From Paramecium tetraurelia (Eukaryota): DNA of 64,000 bases. The notes beneath the pieces are model-generated. The model did no database searches and was not told the DNA's origin. It was given only the letters and a program-made list of their open reading frames with translations. Where the stretch lies: positions 186,001 through 250,000 of the forward strand of contig CT867992.1 in assembly GCA_000165425.1 (NCBI GenBank), given 5' to 3'. Both the position numbers and the translations under genes were made by a program. Of the stretch, positions 1 through 15,224 are shown piece after piece (position 1 is the stretch's first letter; each line of letters opens with the position of its first letter).

Positions 1-298
1 TAAATGTAGTAGTGTATATAATAATAAATTTTGTTTTTTCAAACAATAGTCCACACCTATATGGAACAAATGAAAGAATTATACAAGAATAATAATAACT
101 AGTATGTATTATATAAATTTAAAATGTAAATTTTCTTATAATTTCTGTGGAATACATGTTAAGTATTAATAATCAATCGGTTTGTGATTCAGATTTGATC
201 ATATTAATTATAATTGTATAGTATATTTTTATGGGATTTAAAGTTGAGTGAGTGTAATGAATTCTGATTTAATAAAAATATTAAATAAATCATCAAAC

Positions 299-970
<672 letters not shown>

Positions 971-992
971 AATTAAGATAAATTATTAAATA

Positions 993-3032
993 ATGGGATT
1001 TAAGGAAGCTTTCACGAGACAAGGCGATGGAGAGAATCTGCTCTTCGATGATGATGCATTCATCTATTTCGCTATTTCCATTCTTACTTTGGTTATTCTT
1101 CCTCTGGTCTACTCAGTTATCAAGCCACTGTTCACAACATACGTGTTGGGTGAAAATAAAAGAAAATTAGCACGTGTTCCCAAAAGCGGCAATGATCAAC
1201 TCAATCTACAATTGGCTAAATAGGAATTGAAATTGAAATGGCTTACAACAGGTTATGTGTTTAAGGTAAAAAGCTGATTCTTATCTTAGATCATAATACT
1301 TGTGGCTCTATTGCTAATGCTCAATGCATCCATTTAATCTTTGCCAAATGCAGAAAAAATCAAAGGGTTTGATCCTTATGAGATTTTAGAAATCGATCCA
1401 ACTGCTACAGAATAGGAAATTCGTAAAGCATATAGAAAAATTTCATTAAAATTGCATCCAGATAAAAATCCTGATGATCCTTAAGCAAATCAAAAATTTA
1501 TCCTTCTCACCAAAGCATATGAATGTTTAACAGATGAAGACAAAAAATCCTTATGCATGAAATATGGAAATCCAGATGGACAATAAAGTTTATCTGTTGG
1601 TATAGCAATGCCATCATTTCTATTAAAAAAAGAAAATAGGGCTGCCTTTTTAGCTGTAATTTTCCTTTTGCTTTTGGTTGTTGTACCAATAATTGTTTTG
1701 TACGAGTTGAGATCAATAGGAAAATATGATTAAAATGGAGTCATGCTTAGTAATCAGGAGAAATTTGAACGAGGGTTGGAAGAGAACTTATTAATCAAGA
1801 AAGGAGTAGAATTATCTAGTTGCAGTGATGAATTATGTAGATTAAGATTGAAATCCGAATAATAAGCTATTGACTTAGAGAAATTAGTTAATGAATTGAA
1901 AGAAGAAGCTGAATTGAGAAAAATCTAAAAATTTGAAATAACCGAAGCACTTGAATAGTCGAAAAAATAAAAGAATAAAAAAAGAAGAGTGACCATCTCT
2001 GTTGCCATGATTCTAATCTATGCCCATTTATTTGGTAAACCCATTCCTTAAAGTGTTATATCTTTATATAGATCTACTATTAAGATAATTCCAAAATTAG
2101 TCAACTCAATGGTAAGATTGGCATTTGAATTCTCTATGAAATACAAAGTAATCCAATGGAGACAAAGAGGAAGATTTTAAACTAAATTTATGGGTGCAAG
2201 ATGCATTAATAACATATTACAATTCTCTCAATGCATAGTCTAAGGCATATATGAAACAGATAATCCAATTAATTAAATTGAGTTTTTTGCTACAAAAGCC
2301 AAAGATTATATTAAAAAAGGAAAGATGCCAGTGTTTCAAGAATTAGTTCAAAAATAAGTGGATTAGAGAGTGGTAATCAATTTAAATGATGAATTAGTTA
2401 CCAAGTTGGGTGCCAGAGGAATTCAAAGATGAAATTATGAAGGAAATCAATATGTTCCCATAATTAGATATCAAACCTGAAGTGACAGTTGATGATGAAT
2501 CTATTGTGGAATAATGTAATGAAGATATCTTTAGTGTAATCATTATTTAATATGCAGATTAAAATAACTTTAACAAGAATGAACACTCCCGAAGGAGAAG
2601 ACATTCCATTTGCTCATTCCAATAGATTTACTTATGTAAAGGAGGAGGGATGGCATATTTTAATAACATTTTAAAACGAAGTGTTTTATTATGCTTTTTT
2701 GAATGGTTCGAATAGAGAACAATCAACAGAATTCAAATTCTAACCAAAAATGTATTTTGGAGATATAGTTGAATTTGAATTCGTTCTATTCGTCATATCT
2801 GATTGTTACAGAGGATTGGATTCTGAAATACCAATTAAATTTAAAGCCAAAAAAGCTAGCTAAATAAGCAGAGTAAAAATTTAGAATATTTCAGGCTGTT
2901 GAATACCATAAGGAAGATTAAGAATTGGATAAGTCACTTCCATTTATTCAATCGATGTTATTCCCCATGTAAAATAAAGTCGAGGATAGTGATTCAGAAG
3001 ATGAAGATCAATCAAAGAAAGATGATGAATGA
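993..3032 (+). CDS. SEC63: Sec63-like ER translocon J-domain membrane protein
   Basis: N-terminal TM segment; J domain FDPYEILEI..IRKAYRKISLKLHPDKN..YGNPDGQQSLSVGIAMPSFL; a further TM segment; Sec63/Brl-like region (..ISDCYRGLD); acidic tail. Several ~25-nt introns. Confidence 0.9.
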
Positions 3033-3149
3033 GATTGAGTATTAGAATATTATCCATATATTGTATATTAATACGTTGTTTAATATTAAATGTTACCAAA
3101 ATGATTTTAATTTAATTCTAGACTCACAAAATATTCTAAAAATATGACA

Positions 3150-4185
3150 TATGATAAATTAAATAAATGATAAAAACTCCTAAAAGCTGTTTATTCTACT
3201 TTTTCTCATTTTAACAACAGTAATTACTACCTCTTCTCTCCTCTACAGAAAAAAACATAAAAAATTCATTTTTCAATATATGGACATTATTTAGTACAAG
3301 AATTTAAAACAAATCTATTAAATATTCATCTCTAAATATCGAGTCTAAAAGTTAAAGAAAGAACTGATTATATCTAGCAAGAATGCTTAAAGCCAATGAT
3401 GAATGATGATAATCATGAATAACTTCAAAGGCAATATAGTATAGTTTGAATTAAAAATGAATTAATAAAGTTTGTGCTTAAGATTTCAAGCATTGCATCA
3501 ACATAGACATCTCTCCCATCCAATTTATCATACACCCAAATCTAAATAACAACGAAGCTATAGTTTGCCTAAACTATTTGTCTTTAATACTAGGAAACAA
3601 TTTCATGAGATTCCTTAAAAAATGAGAAGAAAAAGTTGTGACTGTCAGGAATGTGGAAAAATGACAAGCTTCCAATATAAAAATATGAATATCCCATTCA
3701 TTCTCAAGCCATGTAGAATAAGAAAGCAACCATCTCTCAAAAATAATCGATTATTGACTGCATAAAATACAAGTATACGTTTGCACTAGCAATATCATAG
3801 AAAAACTATTTCGCAAATTCTCTGCCTCAAAATAAGATTCTTTAATTAGTACTTCATCTTCTCAATTAATGCTTACTTCTCTCCGTAGAGCATCAGCAAG
3901 AACTACAGAAAAACTTATTGAAGATACCCAAATTCGCATACTTGAGCCTCTTAAAACTTGTAAAAGCCATTTCTAATAAAATTCTTAAAAACAAGAAATA
4001 AAAAAGATTACATTATAAATTCCAAAATCATCAAGAATTATCAAAACACAACCTTCTGATCACTAAAAGATAAAGTTACCATAGACGCTTAAAAGTATGA
4101 AGTAAATTCAAACTAGAAACTTTCTTTGCTCGTACTTAACTAAATATAAGAAATCGAAAACATTTATGGTTTAATAAAAGATATG
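3150..4185 (+). CDS. hypothetical protein (start and exon structure uncertain)
   Basis: Long TGA-free stretches in table 6 ending ..KSKTFMVQQKI* at 4183-4185; no motif recognised. Confidence 0.35.
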
Positions 4186-5970
4186 AAATCTTTATAAAAT
4201 ATTAATCATTATAGAGATAGTTTTAAATATATATAATAAATTTATATCAACTTCTCAGACTTTAAGTTACGGGTAGATACATAACAGAGTTGGTTTCATC
4301 ATTCTCCATAATTTTAAGTTTGAGGCAAAAAGTATAAAATAATTGGAGATTTTATTTTAAATAAAATAATTTGGTTGTAAAAGAATAGGCAATATGCATA
4401 ATGAAATTAATTTATCCATTATGATGTTTGGCGATAAATGCAAATTTCATATGCTTTACTTTTCTTACTACTATTATCGCCTTCATATATTGGAATATTT
4501 TATTTTAGATAAATTTAATCAAAAAAACTTAATATATCTTCTTAAATTAATATTTTTTTGATATATTATATTATTCTAAATTTTTAGTTTTCTTCTTCGA
4601 TAACTATAGATTAAAAGATTGTGAATAAAAACCCCTATATTCTATTATGGGTTCTCATTCTCTAACTCCAATAAATTTATCGACAAATCTGAAGATATTT
4701 TATTACAGAATTTAATTTCTTTTGTGTGAGAGAACTCAAATTTGCGGTCTGTGAGAAGTAATTAACAATACCGACTTGCTTCTCTAAACCATATTTTATA
4801 CAAAAGTACTAGGAGATTATTAATAATCAAACTAATTGTTTCTAAGCCAAGGAAATTCCTCAGAAATTTATTTTGTTCTTATTCTTGATTAAAATTCAAA
4901 TAATTTAAGCCAAAAAAAACTAATCTCCAATTTCCAGAAAAATTTATTCTATTTGATTGGCTTGAATTCCTTTTTTTAAAATTTAAATTTTTGAAAACAA
5001 ATCCATTAGCTACAACCAAATAAAAAGATCATTACTTGATTAAATGATATATCTTAAACAGAAAAGCATTAATATTTAATTTTGTTCTTTCTTAATTATG
5101 CTCATCTTAATTTCTTTGCATTCAAATTAATTACAATTATCAGATTCGTTCAAATTAAAATTTCTAGAGTTTTACGGAAAAATAATGAAAAAAACAGTAT
5201 TTTATTAAAGAAATACAAATTAATCAATTCACTAACCAGTTGAAGAAGATGAGTCTCAAAAGAGAATAATATTTGTTTAAAATTGAGAATTAATTTTATT
5301 AAATTAAAGGAATTTTTTTCATTCTTCCTCTTTTTATTGAAAAATAGATTAATAAAAATCCAGAACCATAACGTTACATGTAAGATCTTATCAATTTATA
5401 TTGTACTCTATAGGCTAGTTTAAAGTAAAAATCGAAATAAACTTTATATAAATGCTTATTCTAATAATTATTGTTATACCCCTACGCTCATCATCCTTAA
5501 AGATTTAAGTATTTCAAAAGACACTTACAATATGATACAGTCATTTTAGACGCAGATTTGCTCTTTTAGTCTCTTGATTAATTTCAATTAAGATCTTATA
5601 ATATTTTGAATCAACATGATTGAATAAGCTCTAGGAGAGTTATCACCAGTGCGTTAATGATTAAAAATAAATAGTTATAAAATGGGGGCAACTTTGAATG
5701 CAAGGAAGAATATTATTAAGGTTAGATAATGGTTTACAATTTATATACAAGTACTTGAGTTGAGAAGAAGTAGGGAAGCCTTGGAATTGTCAATGGGAAG
5801 GGGTCTGATTTATCTTAAAGATATATATATTAATGCGTGATATAAATTTACGTATAATGTGAGGATGACTATAAAAAAAATTTGATTTTATAAAAACCAA
5901 AAAGTTGAAAAACGCATAGTTTGTGTAATTTAAGCAAAATAAGAGAGGCGAGAAAACATTAATATTAATA

Positions 5971-7035
5971 ATGAAAGCTTTATTGATCTTAGGATTAGTG
6001 ATTTTCACACAAGCCGTCTTCGTTAAGCATGCTTCTGAACCACATGCTGCCGTCTTCGCTTAACTCGAAGCACTTGAAGACCATCCATTGGGAAAGAAAA
6101 TTTTGGACACAATCGCCTTGTAAATGAAGAACAAGTCACCACTTTCTGACATTGCCAAGATGCTCTAAGACTTGAGAGAAAACTTAGTCCTCTAATAACA
6201 AGATGCTGAATTAGTCCACGTCGCTTAAGAAGCTGACTGTGAAGCTGAAATCTATGGATATGACAGAAGAATCGACTTCGCTTCCAACGAAATCACTGAA
6301 GCCACCATCGATATCAACAAGTACACCGCTGATATTGAACTCTTGGAAACAGATATTGCCAACAAGGAATAATAATTAGAAATCTTAGCCAACTAAGAAG
6401 AATAACTCAGATAAAAGAGAGCTGAAGACCACGCTTCATTCGAAGAAAGATAAATCACAACCCCAAAGGTCGTTGAAGCCCTCGACGTCATCGCCGCCAA
6501 ATTGAGTGCTATCCAACCAGAAGCCGATGCTGAAGCAGTCCTTGCTGAATTAGAAAGAGTCGGTGGAAACAATCCCATCCTCGCCCTCGTCCAATTGGCC
6601 TCCACATTCTCAGCTGAAAAATTATAAAACGTCTAAGACAAGATCGCTGAATTGAGAGCCTCATTGGAATAATCCATCATCGATGACTAAGAAGAAGAAG
6701 TCTAAGCTTAACTTAACTTCGAAGCTTAAATCGTTGAAATCAATGAATAAAGAGCTGCCCTCTAATCCGAAAAGGCTGACTCCGAAACCAAATTAGGATA
6801 AGCTTAAGTCCAATTGGCTGCTGCTAAGAAGAGAAAGTATGATGCTGGAAGAGAACTCGACTCAGCCACCAGAGGAAAGGTTGCCAAGGAAGCTGAATGT
6901 GACGCTTGGAGAACTTAATATGCCAGAGACACCGAATAAAGAACCGTCGAAATCGGTATCATCAGATAAGTCGAATAAATCCTCGCCACCAAGTTGGAAG
7001 GTGCCTCCTCATACATCAAAGGAAGAATCAACTGA
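5971..7035 (+). CDS. Trichocyst matrix protein (TMP/GRL-family) precursor
   Basis: Intronless 354-aa ORF with signal peptide MKALLILGLVIFTQA and acidic coiled coils (HPLGKKILDTIALQM..SPLSDIAKMLQDL..NPILALVQLAS..C..W..Y). Strongly biased codon usage typical of highly expressed TMPs. Confidence 0.85.
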
Positions 7036-7581
7036 TCTTGATGTCTATAAACCATTTAATCAAATTTCTAAATTTTTTTTCATCATTAGGATTGTAATTA
7101 AGGGTTAATACTTAACTTTTTAAGAGTAAAACCCAATTCATCCATCTGTTTATTAAAGTTCTCATATGATGACTAGATTTTGAATTAGGATTTACTCATA
7201 TCAATAAATTCATTAAGAAATCTAGCCTATTCTTATTTACCTAATTAACAAGTTTAGTATTAATAAATAAAAAATATCATAAGAAAACTTAGATATTCAT
7301 CTTAATTGTTATCTTTGAATTTTGTTAAATTATTCTAACCTTGTAAAAGTAATCTCTATAGGAAAGTAGTGCAAGTAATTAAGCAATATATATTGATGAT
7401 TATAAACCATTTTAGCAGGAAAATATATAAACAAACTAAAAATAAGATTTTGATTTAATATAAATTAATTTTAATATTTCTTTATTTAAAAATCCTGATA
7501 TTGTTAGATTTATACTTCGTTTATCTATGAAATAAATAAAACAAATCATTGCTCTACTTAACTATTAACATATTTCGACTT

Positions 7582-7968
7582 TCAATCTCTGAATTAGACC
7601 TTTTTGCATTGTTTTTCTTTTTAATTAAGAGAACTACAAGATGATTCTGGATATTAGTCATATGTTCGTGCACTTATAATCCCTTTAATTCCATCCTGCT
7701 AAAATTTGACTTCTTCTTCTGCCACTATTTTTGGTTCTAAATAGATTATCACATGCTATGAACGAGGAGAATTAGGGCGAGAAGATAACAATACATCTCC
7801 ATTTTAGAATGCGTACAATTAGCTGTGATCCTATATCAATTCCTCAAAGTTAGCTATTTGAAGTGAGTCTCCCTATGATTTTATGATGCTGTCTTATTTA
7901 TTAGAAGTAATTATTTCTTCTTCAATTTTTGTCGCATCAGTGGTTGTAAAAGAACAATAATTACCCAT
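7582..7968 (-). CDS. small hypothetical protein with N-terminal MGNYC acylation motif and C-terminal KKVQF
   Basis: Intronless 128-aa ORF MGNYCSFTTTDATKIEEE...SSLNQKEKQCKKVQFRD*. Confidence 0.6.
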
Positions 7969-8208
7969 TATATATATTAATAATAATGTATTCTGAAACT
8001 TCACTCTCTCTAAATCCCATAATTAAGAAAATAAGTTAGTTTATTTCAGATGCATTTTTTTTCCTTAGTAATCCCAAGAATTGATTCTATAATGAGAACA
8101 ACAACTATAACTAATCAGACATAAAACTGTGTATAAATTTGATATGAAATTAATTTATTTTAGATTTTAATATTAGAGCTTAAAATACATTTTAGTATGA
8201 CAAAGTTA

Positions 8209-9603
8209 TCAGTGCTTGGCATTAGGCATTTTTGGCTTATATGATTACAAATGGCTAAAATCATAGATAGAAGTGTTGTCCTTCTTTTAATTGACATCGG
8301 AATTGATTGATGTTAAATAATTCTTAGTCAATTTTAAATTAGCCTGAGAGGATGATTGAAGTCCCTTAAATTCCAAAGCCTTAGCACTCTATATTGTTTA
8401 TTTCGGGATCACAGGTTTGTTTTCAGTTGTGATAAAGTCTAATATATCATCCAAATCGTTGCTATCTGTTTTTTGAATTTTTTATTAATTCCCAAATTGA
8501 AGTGATAAATCATCCTTTACACCTTAAGTTGTGACCTTCTGTTTTTTATCTATGTTTGTATCTTTAATCTCCTTATTCCAAAGCTTATCTTAATCCTCAA
8601 ATACTAATGTTGGAGCAATCTTCTAGATATTGTAAAAGTAAGGGTGTGTTAGAATTTATTAAGCAGTAATTCTCTTATTCGGATCCCATTTGATCATTTG
8701 AGATAGTAAGTTCAGAGCTTCAATGCTTGCATTTGGAATTAATTGCTATAACTGAAGAGGCTAACATTGTGCCAATCCCATTCCTAATTATGATACTAAG
8801 CGACAGCCCTCTGGCCAATCTGTTTAAGTAAATGTACTTAAAATAGATTACTAGAATAATACCCTAGAGTGGACAGTATTTTATTGAATTACTCCAACTC
8901 AGTATTACCCTAAAACAGGGGTCTATTAAGAAATAACTCAGCCATAATACAGCCCAAGGCAAAAATATCAACTGGACTATTGTAATTGATTTGTTTCAAT
9001 AATATTTCTGGAGCCTAAATACATAAAGGGTCTACTTACCCGATACCATCTTGTAGCCACATAGTCGGTATATGGTGGTCGTGACCTTATTTCTCTTGCT
9101 AAACCAAAATCGATAATCTTCACAACTCCATTTTCGGTCATGAGCATATTCTCTGGTTTAAGATCTCTATGAAAGTAACCATGCTTATGCATGTAGCTTA
9201 AACCATTTGCAACCTAATAGATGATTGATTTGATTTGATCATCTGACATTGTTTTACCCTAATATTAAGTTTAGATTATATTCTACTTATTCTCTATGTT
9301 AGGCGTATATTTAATATATGCTCTTTTCTACAAACTCAAAAACTAAACAAAGAGTATCAGCATCAAGAAAAACTAAGATAGATCTAATTAAAAGTTACTT
9401 TCTTTCAGTTTTACAATGTTGGGATGATTTTGAAGTTTCATTAAGGCTTTCACCTCTCTCAAATTTGTACATTCTTCAAAATTATGATATTTTTATTTCA
9501 TTTTTTTGATGGCTACTAATTCAAAACTTTCTGTGTTTTCGGCCTTCATCACCACGCCAAATGTGCCATCTCCACTTTTTTTAATCTCTTTGAATTTTTT
9601 CAT
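8209..9603 (-). CDS. MAK/ICK-family CMGC Ser/Thr kinase
   Basis: [47 protein letters not shown] (TDY activation motif); short introns. Confidence 0.92.
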
Positions 9604-10024
9604 TGAAATTTATATTTTTATTAATATTAACAATTATAATCACAATCAGACTATAAAGATGAACTGACTAACATAATTAATATATTAAAATTCAATAATC
9701 AGCACGAACCGTATTTAGAGTTCTCAATTTAATGTACTGTTTCTAATTGCATCTAATTTTATATATAAATGTATAATAATTAGTGTGATATGGTACTGAA
9801 AAAATAATATATATTTATCATTATAATTAAGTTGATAATCCATTTAATAATCAATTCAAATCAAATTGTTGAATGTCTACATTGTATACTAGTAAGAATA
9901 CTTAGAATTTAAATTTGAAGCCTCCTTTTTATTATTATTAAATAGTTGATACAATTTATATTTAAATCTTTTGGGTCCTTTATTTCATGAATTAATTGAT
10001 TTGATCTAATTATATTTTTAAAAT

Positions 10025-11051
10025 ATGGGAGGAATATGTATTAATTACAAATAGATTTCAGAATGTATTTTTGAGTCTATTTCGTATATTAATCAGGTGG
10101 TGTTCAATCATGATTTCTCAATAGTATTTATGATTTAGATAACTTAAAATAAATTAGATTCTTAAATTGGGTTATAACATTAAAATGGAAAATAAATTCT
10201 AGTCATGTATTTTAAATAAGGGGCTATTAAAACAATTTCAAGTAATAAATTCTAAGGAAAGTAATAGCCAGCATTATTACCTTTTAGAAATAGTCGTCTT
10301 TTTCTATAAACTTATAAACAAGGAGAACGATATCTTTTAACTCCTGTTACTGCTTCAAATAATAACAAATATTTAGGTAGATTTTAGAATGAGGAGATAC
10401 CTCGTATTTTTTAACCGTAATTTTCACACTTAAATTGCTTAGTAATGAATAAAAAAGAGAGTTTAATAGTAAGTGGAGGTCAATATTTATAGTTTTGGAC
10501 CTACTAAAATGAATGGAGAGTCACCTAATGGTTTCTTCTTGAATTTGTTTATTAAAAAGAAATGAAATAAATATGTTTTAATTAATCAGAAACTAAAATT
10601 ATAATTTCTCTAGGAACATCAATATTAATTCTGGGTCCTGTAAGTTAAATTACAAATTCAGAGCTTAAAATCTCACCAGTTCATTAATGATGATATTTTG
10701 GTTGTCAGAACAGCAAAACGCTATAACTTGCGTGTGGGTCAATTTATCATGAAATTGGCTATTGAATCATATGTTCTGAATAAATAAAATGGATAAATTG
10801 ATTCAAAGATGGTAATAAGCGACAAATATGATTCTTTTAGGACATTATATTATTGCCCAAAGAAGAAAATTCTAGTGAATATAAGAAAAAACTTTGAGAT
10901 TCATAAATATAAGGGATGATGGTAGAATGTCTAATTAAAAAAAATTTAATTAGACTTAATATATCATTATATTACAATTAGTGAGGATCTAAGATATTTT
11001 GTGGCTTGCAAAGGTAATTTGATTAGGGTGTTTTAGCTAAAATCAAAATGA
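10025..11051 (+). pseudogene. WD40-like beta-propeller gene with an in-frame TGA at 10917-10919
   Basis: Open frame containing LNCLVMNKKESLIVSGGQYLQFW; predicted 22-nt intron from 10640; after the TGA the frame continues to ITISEDLRYFVACKGNLIRVFQLKSK*. Confidence 0.5.
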
Positions 11052-11094
11052 TAAATATAAATGAATGATGAGAACTTATTGTCATACTATTATA

Positions 11095-14000
11095 TCACAA
11101 ATCAGTTCTAACTTGCTTAGACATAGAAATTCTTTGAGATAATTGGGTTTGTCCAGTGTATAACGGTTTCTTTTAAAATAATGAAGAGAAGTCATCTCCA
11201 AAACCCTATGAATTTCTTTTACTTCCAACTCTTGATCTAGCAGTTTTATTAAGAGTATACATCAATTTCTTATCTCTCTTTTCATCCATAAGGGGGTCCT
11301 CTCTAAAATAGATAAATTAAATTACAATAATTTGAGTTTTTTCTTTATCCTTATGATTTGATTGATTGCTACAGCACTGAATGTATAGGAGGAAAACGAA
11401 TGAACAATATTTCGTTTGCGTTCTAAATATTTTGTTAAAATTCGAATTGCTTTGGATATCACAACCTTTGGGTTATTCCAAGTATAGTAACATTCATAGT
11501 TTTTCATATTTTCGAAACCTTCTAATTCCATTGAAGTCGATTGTTTTTCAAATATTGGTATAGATATTTCTTAAGAGGGATTTTCTGACAGTAATTTCGT
11601 AGTTTTATGTGTTTTAGCCGTTCTGCTTCTATTCGTTTATGTTTTTGTAGTTTTTCTCTTTAATTCATTCTTATCTTCTCTTGTATCAATGGAATCTCTT
11701 TTATAATCGACTGACTAAACTGAGGACATATGAATAATTTCTCCTTAAGTATCTTTAAATTTTGATTTTCTTTTAACTGGTCTTTCTTTTTCTTAATTAT
11801 GATCTACTTGTGTTTGAGTTGAGAATGGTTAATAAGACTCTTCTCTATTCTATTTTCGAATGTTTGTTGTTTGCTTTTTATTAATTCTATTAGGTATATC
11901 TACGGGACTAAGCAATCTATCATTTTTTAAAGAGTGTCTTTTATCATCCTTGACATTAGTGCTTAGATATCCTTGGTTGATATTTATGATATTGATATCA
12001 TGATCTTCTACTTTTAGTTTATTTTGGAAAGAATCTTGCCCTCCAAAACCAGCAGTTTGTATTGTGTTTTTGGCAGCAGAATTTCTCTTTTTATTAGGAC
12101 TAACACTATGATCAGAATCTTCACTCTCTTAAATAGGTTATAAATTTCTAGTGTTGTTATGGTTGGTTTCATTCTAAGTATTTTAGCGACTTTAGGATTA
12201 TTTTATGGAGATTTTGGATTAGCTTTTATTTTAATAGGCTATGAATAAATGCGAAATCTTACAATATTCATATGGATAATCATCATTATCATCATAGGAA
12301 ACATCTGAGTTCTCTTCAACAATAGAAGGGTTTTCATTGTAAAGTTGGTTAGTTTAATATTCTCTGGCAATTGTAAGTGTCTTCTTCATTTCTAATAAGG
12401 TTGCATAGTAACTTCTATCGGATCTCTACCTAACATAAGTTACATTTCTCTGCTATTGAATAGGGAAGTACTCCTTTTTAATCACCTTCTCCTTGTCTGG
12501 AACAAAATGGAGTATAGGGCAATCCTTGATGAGATGATCAAATTTTCTGCATGAATAGCATTATAACTAAGCTGGCTGATAATTCTCGCTTTGCAAAATT
12601 TAATCTCTTACTTCACAAAAGCGTTCCTAAAAATTACATAATGACAATTACTAAATCAGTTTCATTGGTTTGGAGCACATTTAACAGTTTTTGTCTAGTG
12701 ATTTTGTAAGCCCTCGAAAACCCAATGCTTTTGGCAGAAGCAGTACGGTTTAGACCAGTAAAAAATGAGTACTCTCCAAATGTTTACCCTTTTTCCAAAA
12801 AAGAGAGCACTCTAGTAATTCTACCCTAAGGATCATTTTGAAAAAGAATGGAAACCTTTCCTTTGGTAATTAGATAAAGTGAACAATCATCTGGAGTTCC
12901 TTATTGTATAATTTAGTCTTCAGGAGAGAATCTGACTTCTTCAATAAGTAACGATAACTCTCTTAAGGTTTTTTAAGAGAATTTCGTTAAGACTTTATTT
13001 GTTTTCATCACATTTAGTCTAATTTCAAAAGTGAGTTCCTCTTATAAAGAACTAGATAGTTTAGTAGTAATTTGAGAAACTTCTTCATCATTAATTTCTT
13101 ATTCTTCTTAAAAGATATAATCATAATAATTTCTAATTCTTGATTAGAGTTCAACTTTAATTTAATTCTTAGTCAGATATTGATTCAGTAGATTAGTGCT
13201 TCTCTTATAGAGTACTTATCTTGAATTCAGATTGCTGAGCATGAGACCTATACTATTGAAAGAGAAGGCGAACACTCCACAAGCCAAGAACATACTCAGA
13301 TTTGCACATAACCTTTCGTAATCGTTTTATGGAGTCAAATCACCATAACCAACCGTGATCATAGTTTAAACAGCCCAATAGAATGCATAATTGTATTTAG
13401 TGAATATATTTGCATCAGCTATGTGATAGATCTCCAACCAAGTTTTGTTGTATCCAATTTGATAAAAAGCAACACTATGCCAAAGACAAGCAAATAGATG
13501 GCCAACATAGACTACCATAAACAGGAGTTTTATTAACTCAATGACATCCTGGACCCATCCTGAGAAATTGAAAAATCTATGATTCATAAATTAAGTTTTA
13601 CTCTTCCAATTTATGCACTCTGCCCTGCAATTTGAATATTCTACTACAATAATAGATTGCATAAGGTAGCATTTGCCAACCAGGATGTTCCTGAGAATCA
13701 CCAATACTGGTATATTGAGCAATTAGCAATGAGACAATGGAGCACTTCAATATATAACAAATATGATTACCAAATCATATATGGCTTGTGTGTTGAGATA
13801 ATTAGTGAATATCTTGCCCCTAGTTCTAATGATTATGCCTTTCTTGATGTACGATGTATTTATCACAATGAATCCATCGATTATGATGGAAAAGAGGAAG
13901 TAGAGTTCCACATCTTTCACAATCATACTCCCAAATACTACTTAATTTAATGTAATTCCGAAAGATATGTTGAAGGGGGTCCAAAAGAAAATTATAATAA

Positions 14001-14622
14001 TTGTGAGAATGTACAACAATTGCCAGCCAATAACTAAGTAGCTGCTTTGATCTAAAATGGGAACAAATCTTAATTTCTTACAAAACTTCTCAACTAAATT
14101 TTTATTAGCATGACGTTTTGAATCCACGTATCTTAAATCATCGAGCATAGTATTTTGATAAATGCTAAATTGTGAAAGCTTTTTCACATAGGCTCTTTAA
14201 AGTAAAAGATCTATAAAATGATGATAACGACTTTTGGCAATCACTAATTTAAGGAAGTTATTTACTCCCTCTTTAGGAAGATTGTTATAACTGCTTTAAG
14301 CAGGCTCTCTAATTTATTCCTTATTCGAATTGCTTCCCAGTATTTTCTCCTCCATTAAGGAGGTTTTAGGTGTAAATTAAATGAGTCCTGAATGAGGAGA
14401 TTAAGATGGATTAATCTATTCAGTTGCTTTTTGTAAACTTATATTTGAAGGTGGTTTGATTGAACAATCTGCCACATCTTAAAGGGGGTCAACTTTGGTT
14501 GCAAGTTTAGCAGGACCTCTGAACTATTGTTTCATTTGCTCTTCACTATAACTGGGAGGAATCATGGCAAATTAAGAATTGCAATTATCACCATTATCCT
14601 GCAGCAGATCACATAAACTCAT
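11095..14622 (-). CDS. Cyclic-nucleotide-binding-domain K+ channel (EAG/HCN/KAT-like)
   Basis: FFWTPFNISF, GHLFACLW, pore YAFYWAVQTMITVGYGDLTP, C-linker, cNMP domain (FGEYSFFTGLNRTASAKS), long low-complexity tail. Confidence 0.92.
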
Positions 14623-15224
14623 TAATTTAATAATGACATATATTCCCTCCAGGTTAATGCTAAGTCAATTTATCAAACAAGAAATGTCCAGTCCTCTGCA
14701 AAATGAAAAACCATCACAGCAAAGATTCCATTAATTTTTGAAGGAACCAAAGAGGTGATCACAAATAACTCTCTACTCTTTTCGCTTTCAAGAGTAATTC
14801 AAATACTTTATGATGTTGCTAATCAAATTTAAAGGAATTTCAAAGAACTGGAAAACAAATCTTTCAAATATTAAACGCATCTGAGGGTTACATTCATTAA
14901 TAAAAAACATTAATCAACTTCTATGTTACTTAATGTGATAATAATCTCTAAATAAGTAAAATCATATTTTAAAATAAAAATAAAATATTTTCATTATTGT
15001 AAAAGTTTGCCAATAGTAAATTAATAGAAGTAAAGCTGATATTCTCTTAAATAACCCTGCTAATACTGGGATTTAAAATATTTGTATAAACAGCGGAACA
15101 TCCATATTCAATAAAAGAATCAAGATAATCTGTTTTAAGAATTTCCAAATAAGATAATATAATTCGATTAATATTCTTATTTAAATTCTAGAATTTTAGT
15201 CAAATACACGTAATAATTAAAATT

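Noticed and set aside
4200..5950. possible gene(s) in an AT-rich interval
   Set aside because: No coherent ORF, intron chain or motif could be supported by eye.
6393..7108. ORF-track entries overlapping the TMP gene (similar cases at 15973-16305, 16833-17117, 21045-21612, 31768-32037, 52507-52774)
   Set aside because: Off-frame or antisense products of using the standard code on table-6 genes.
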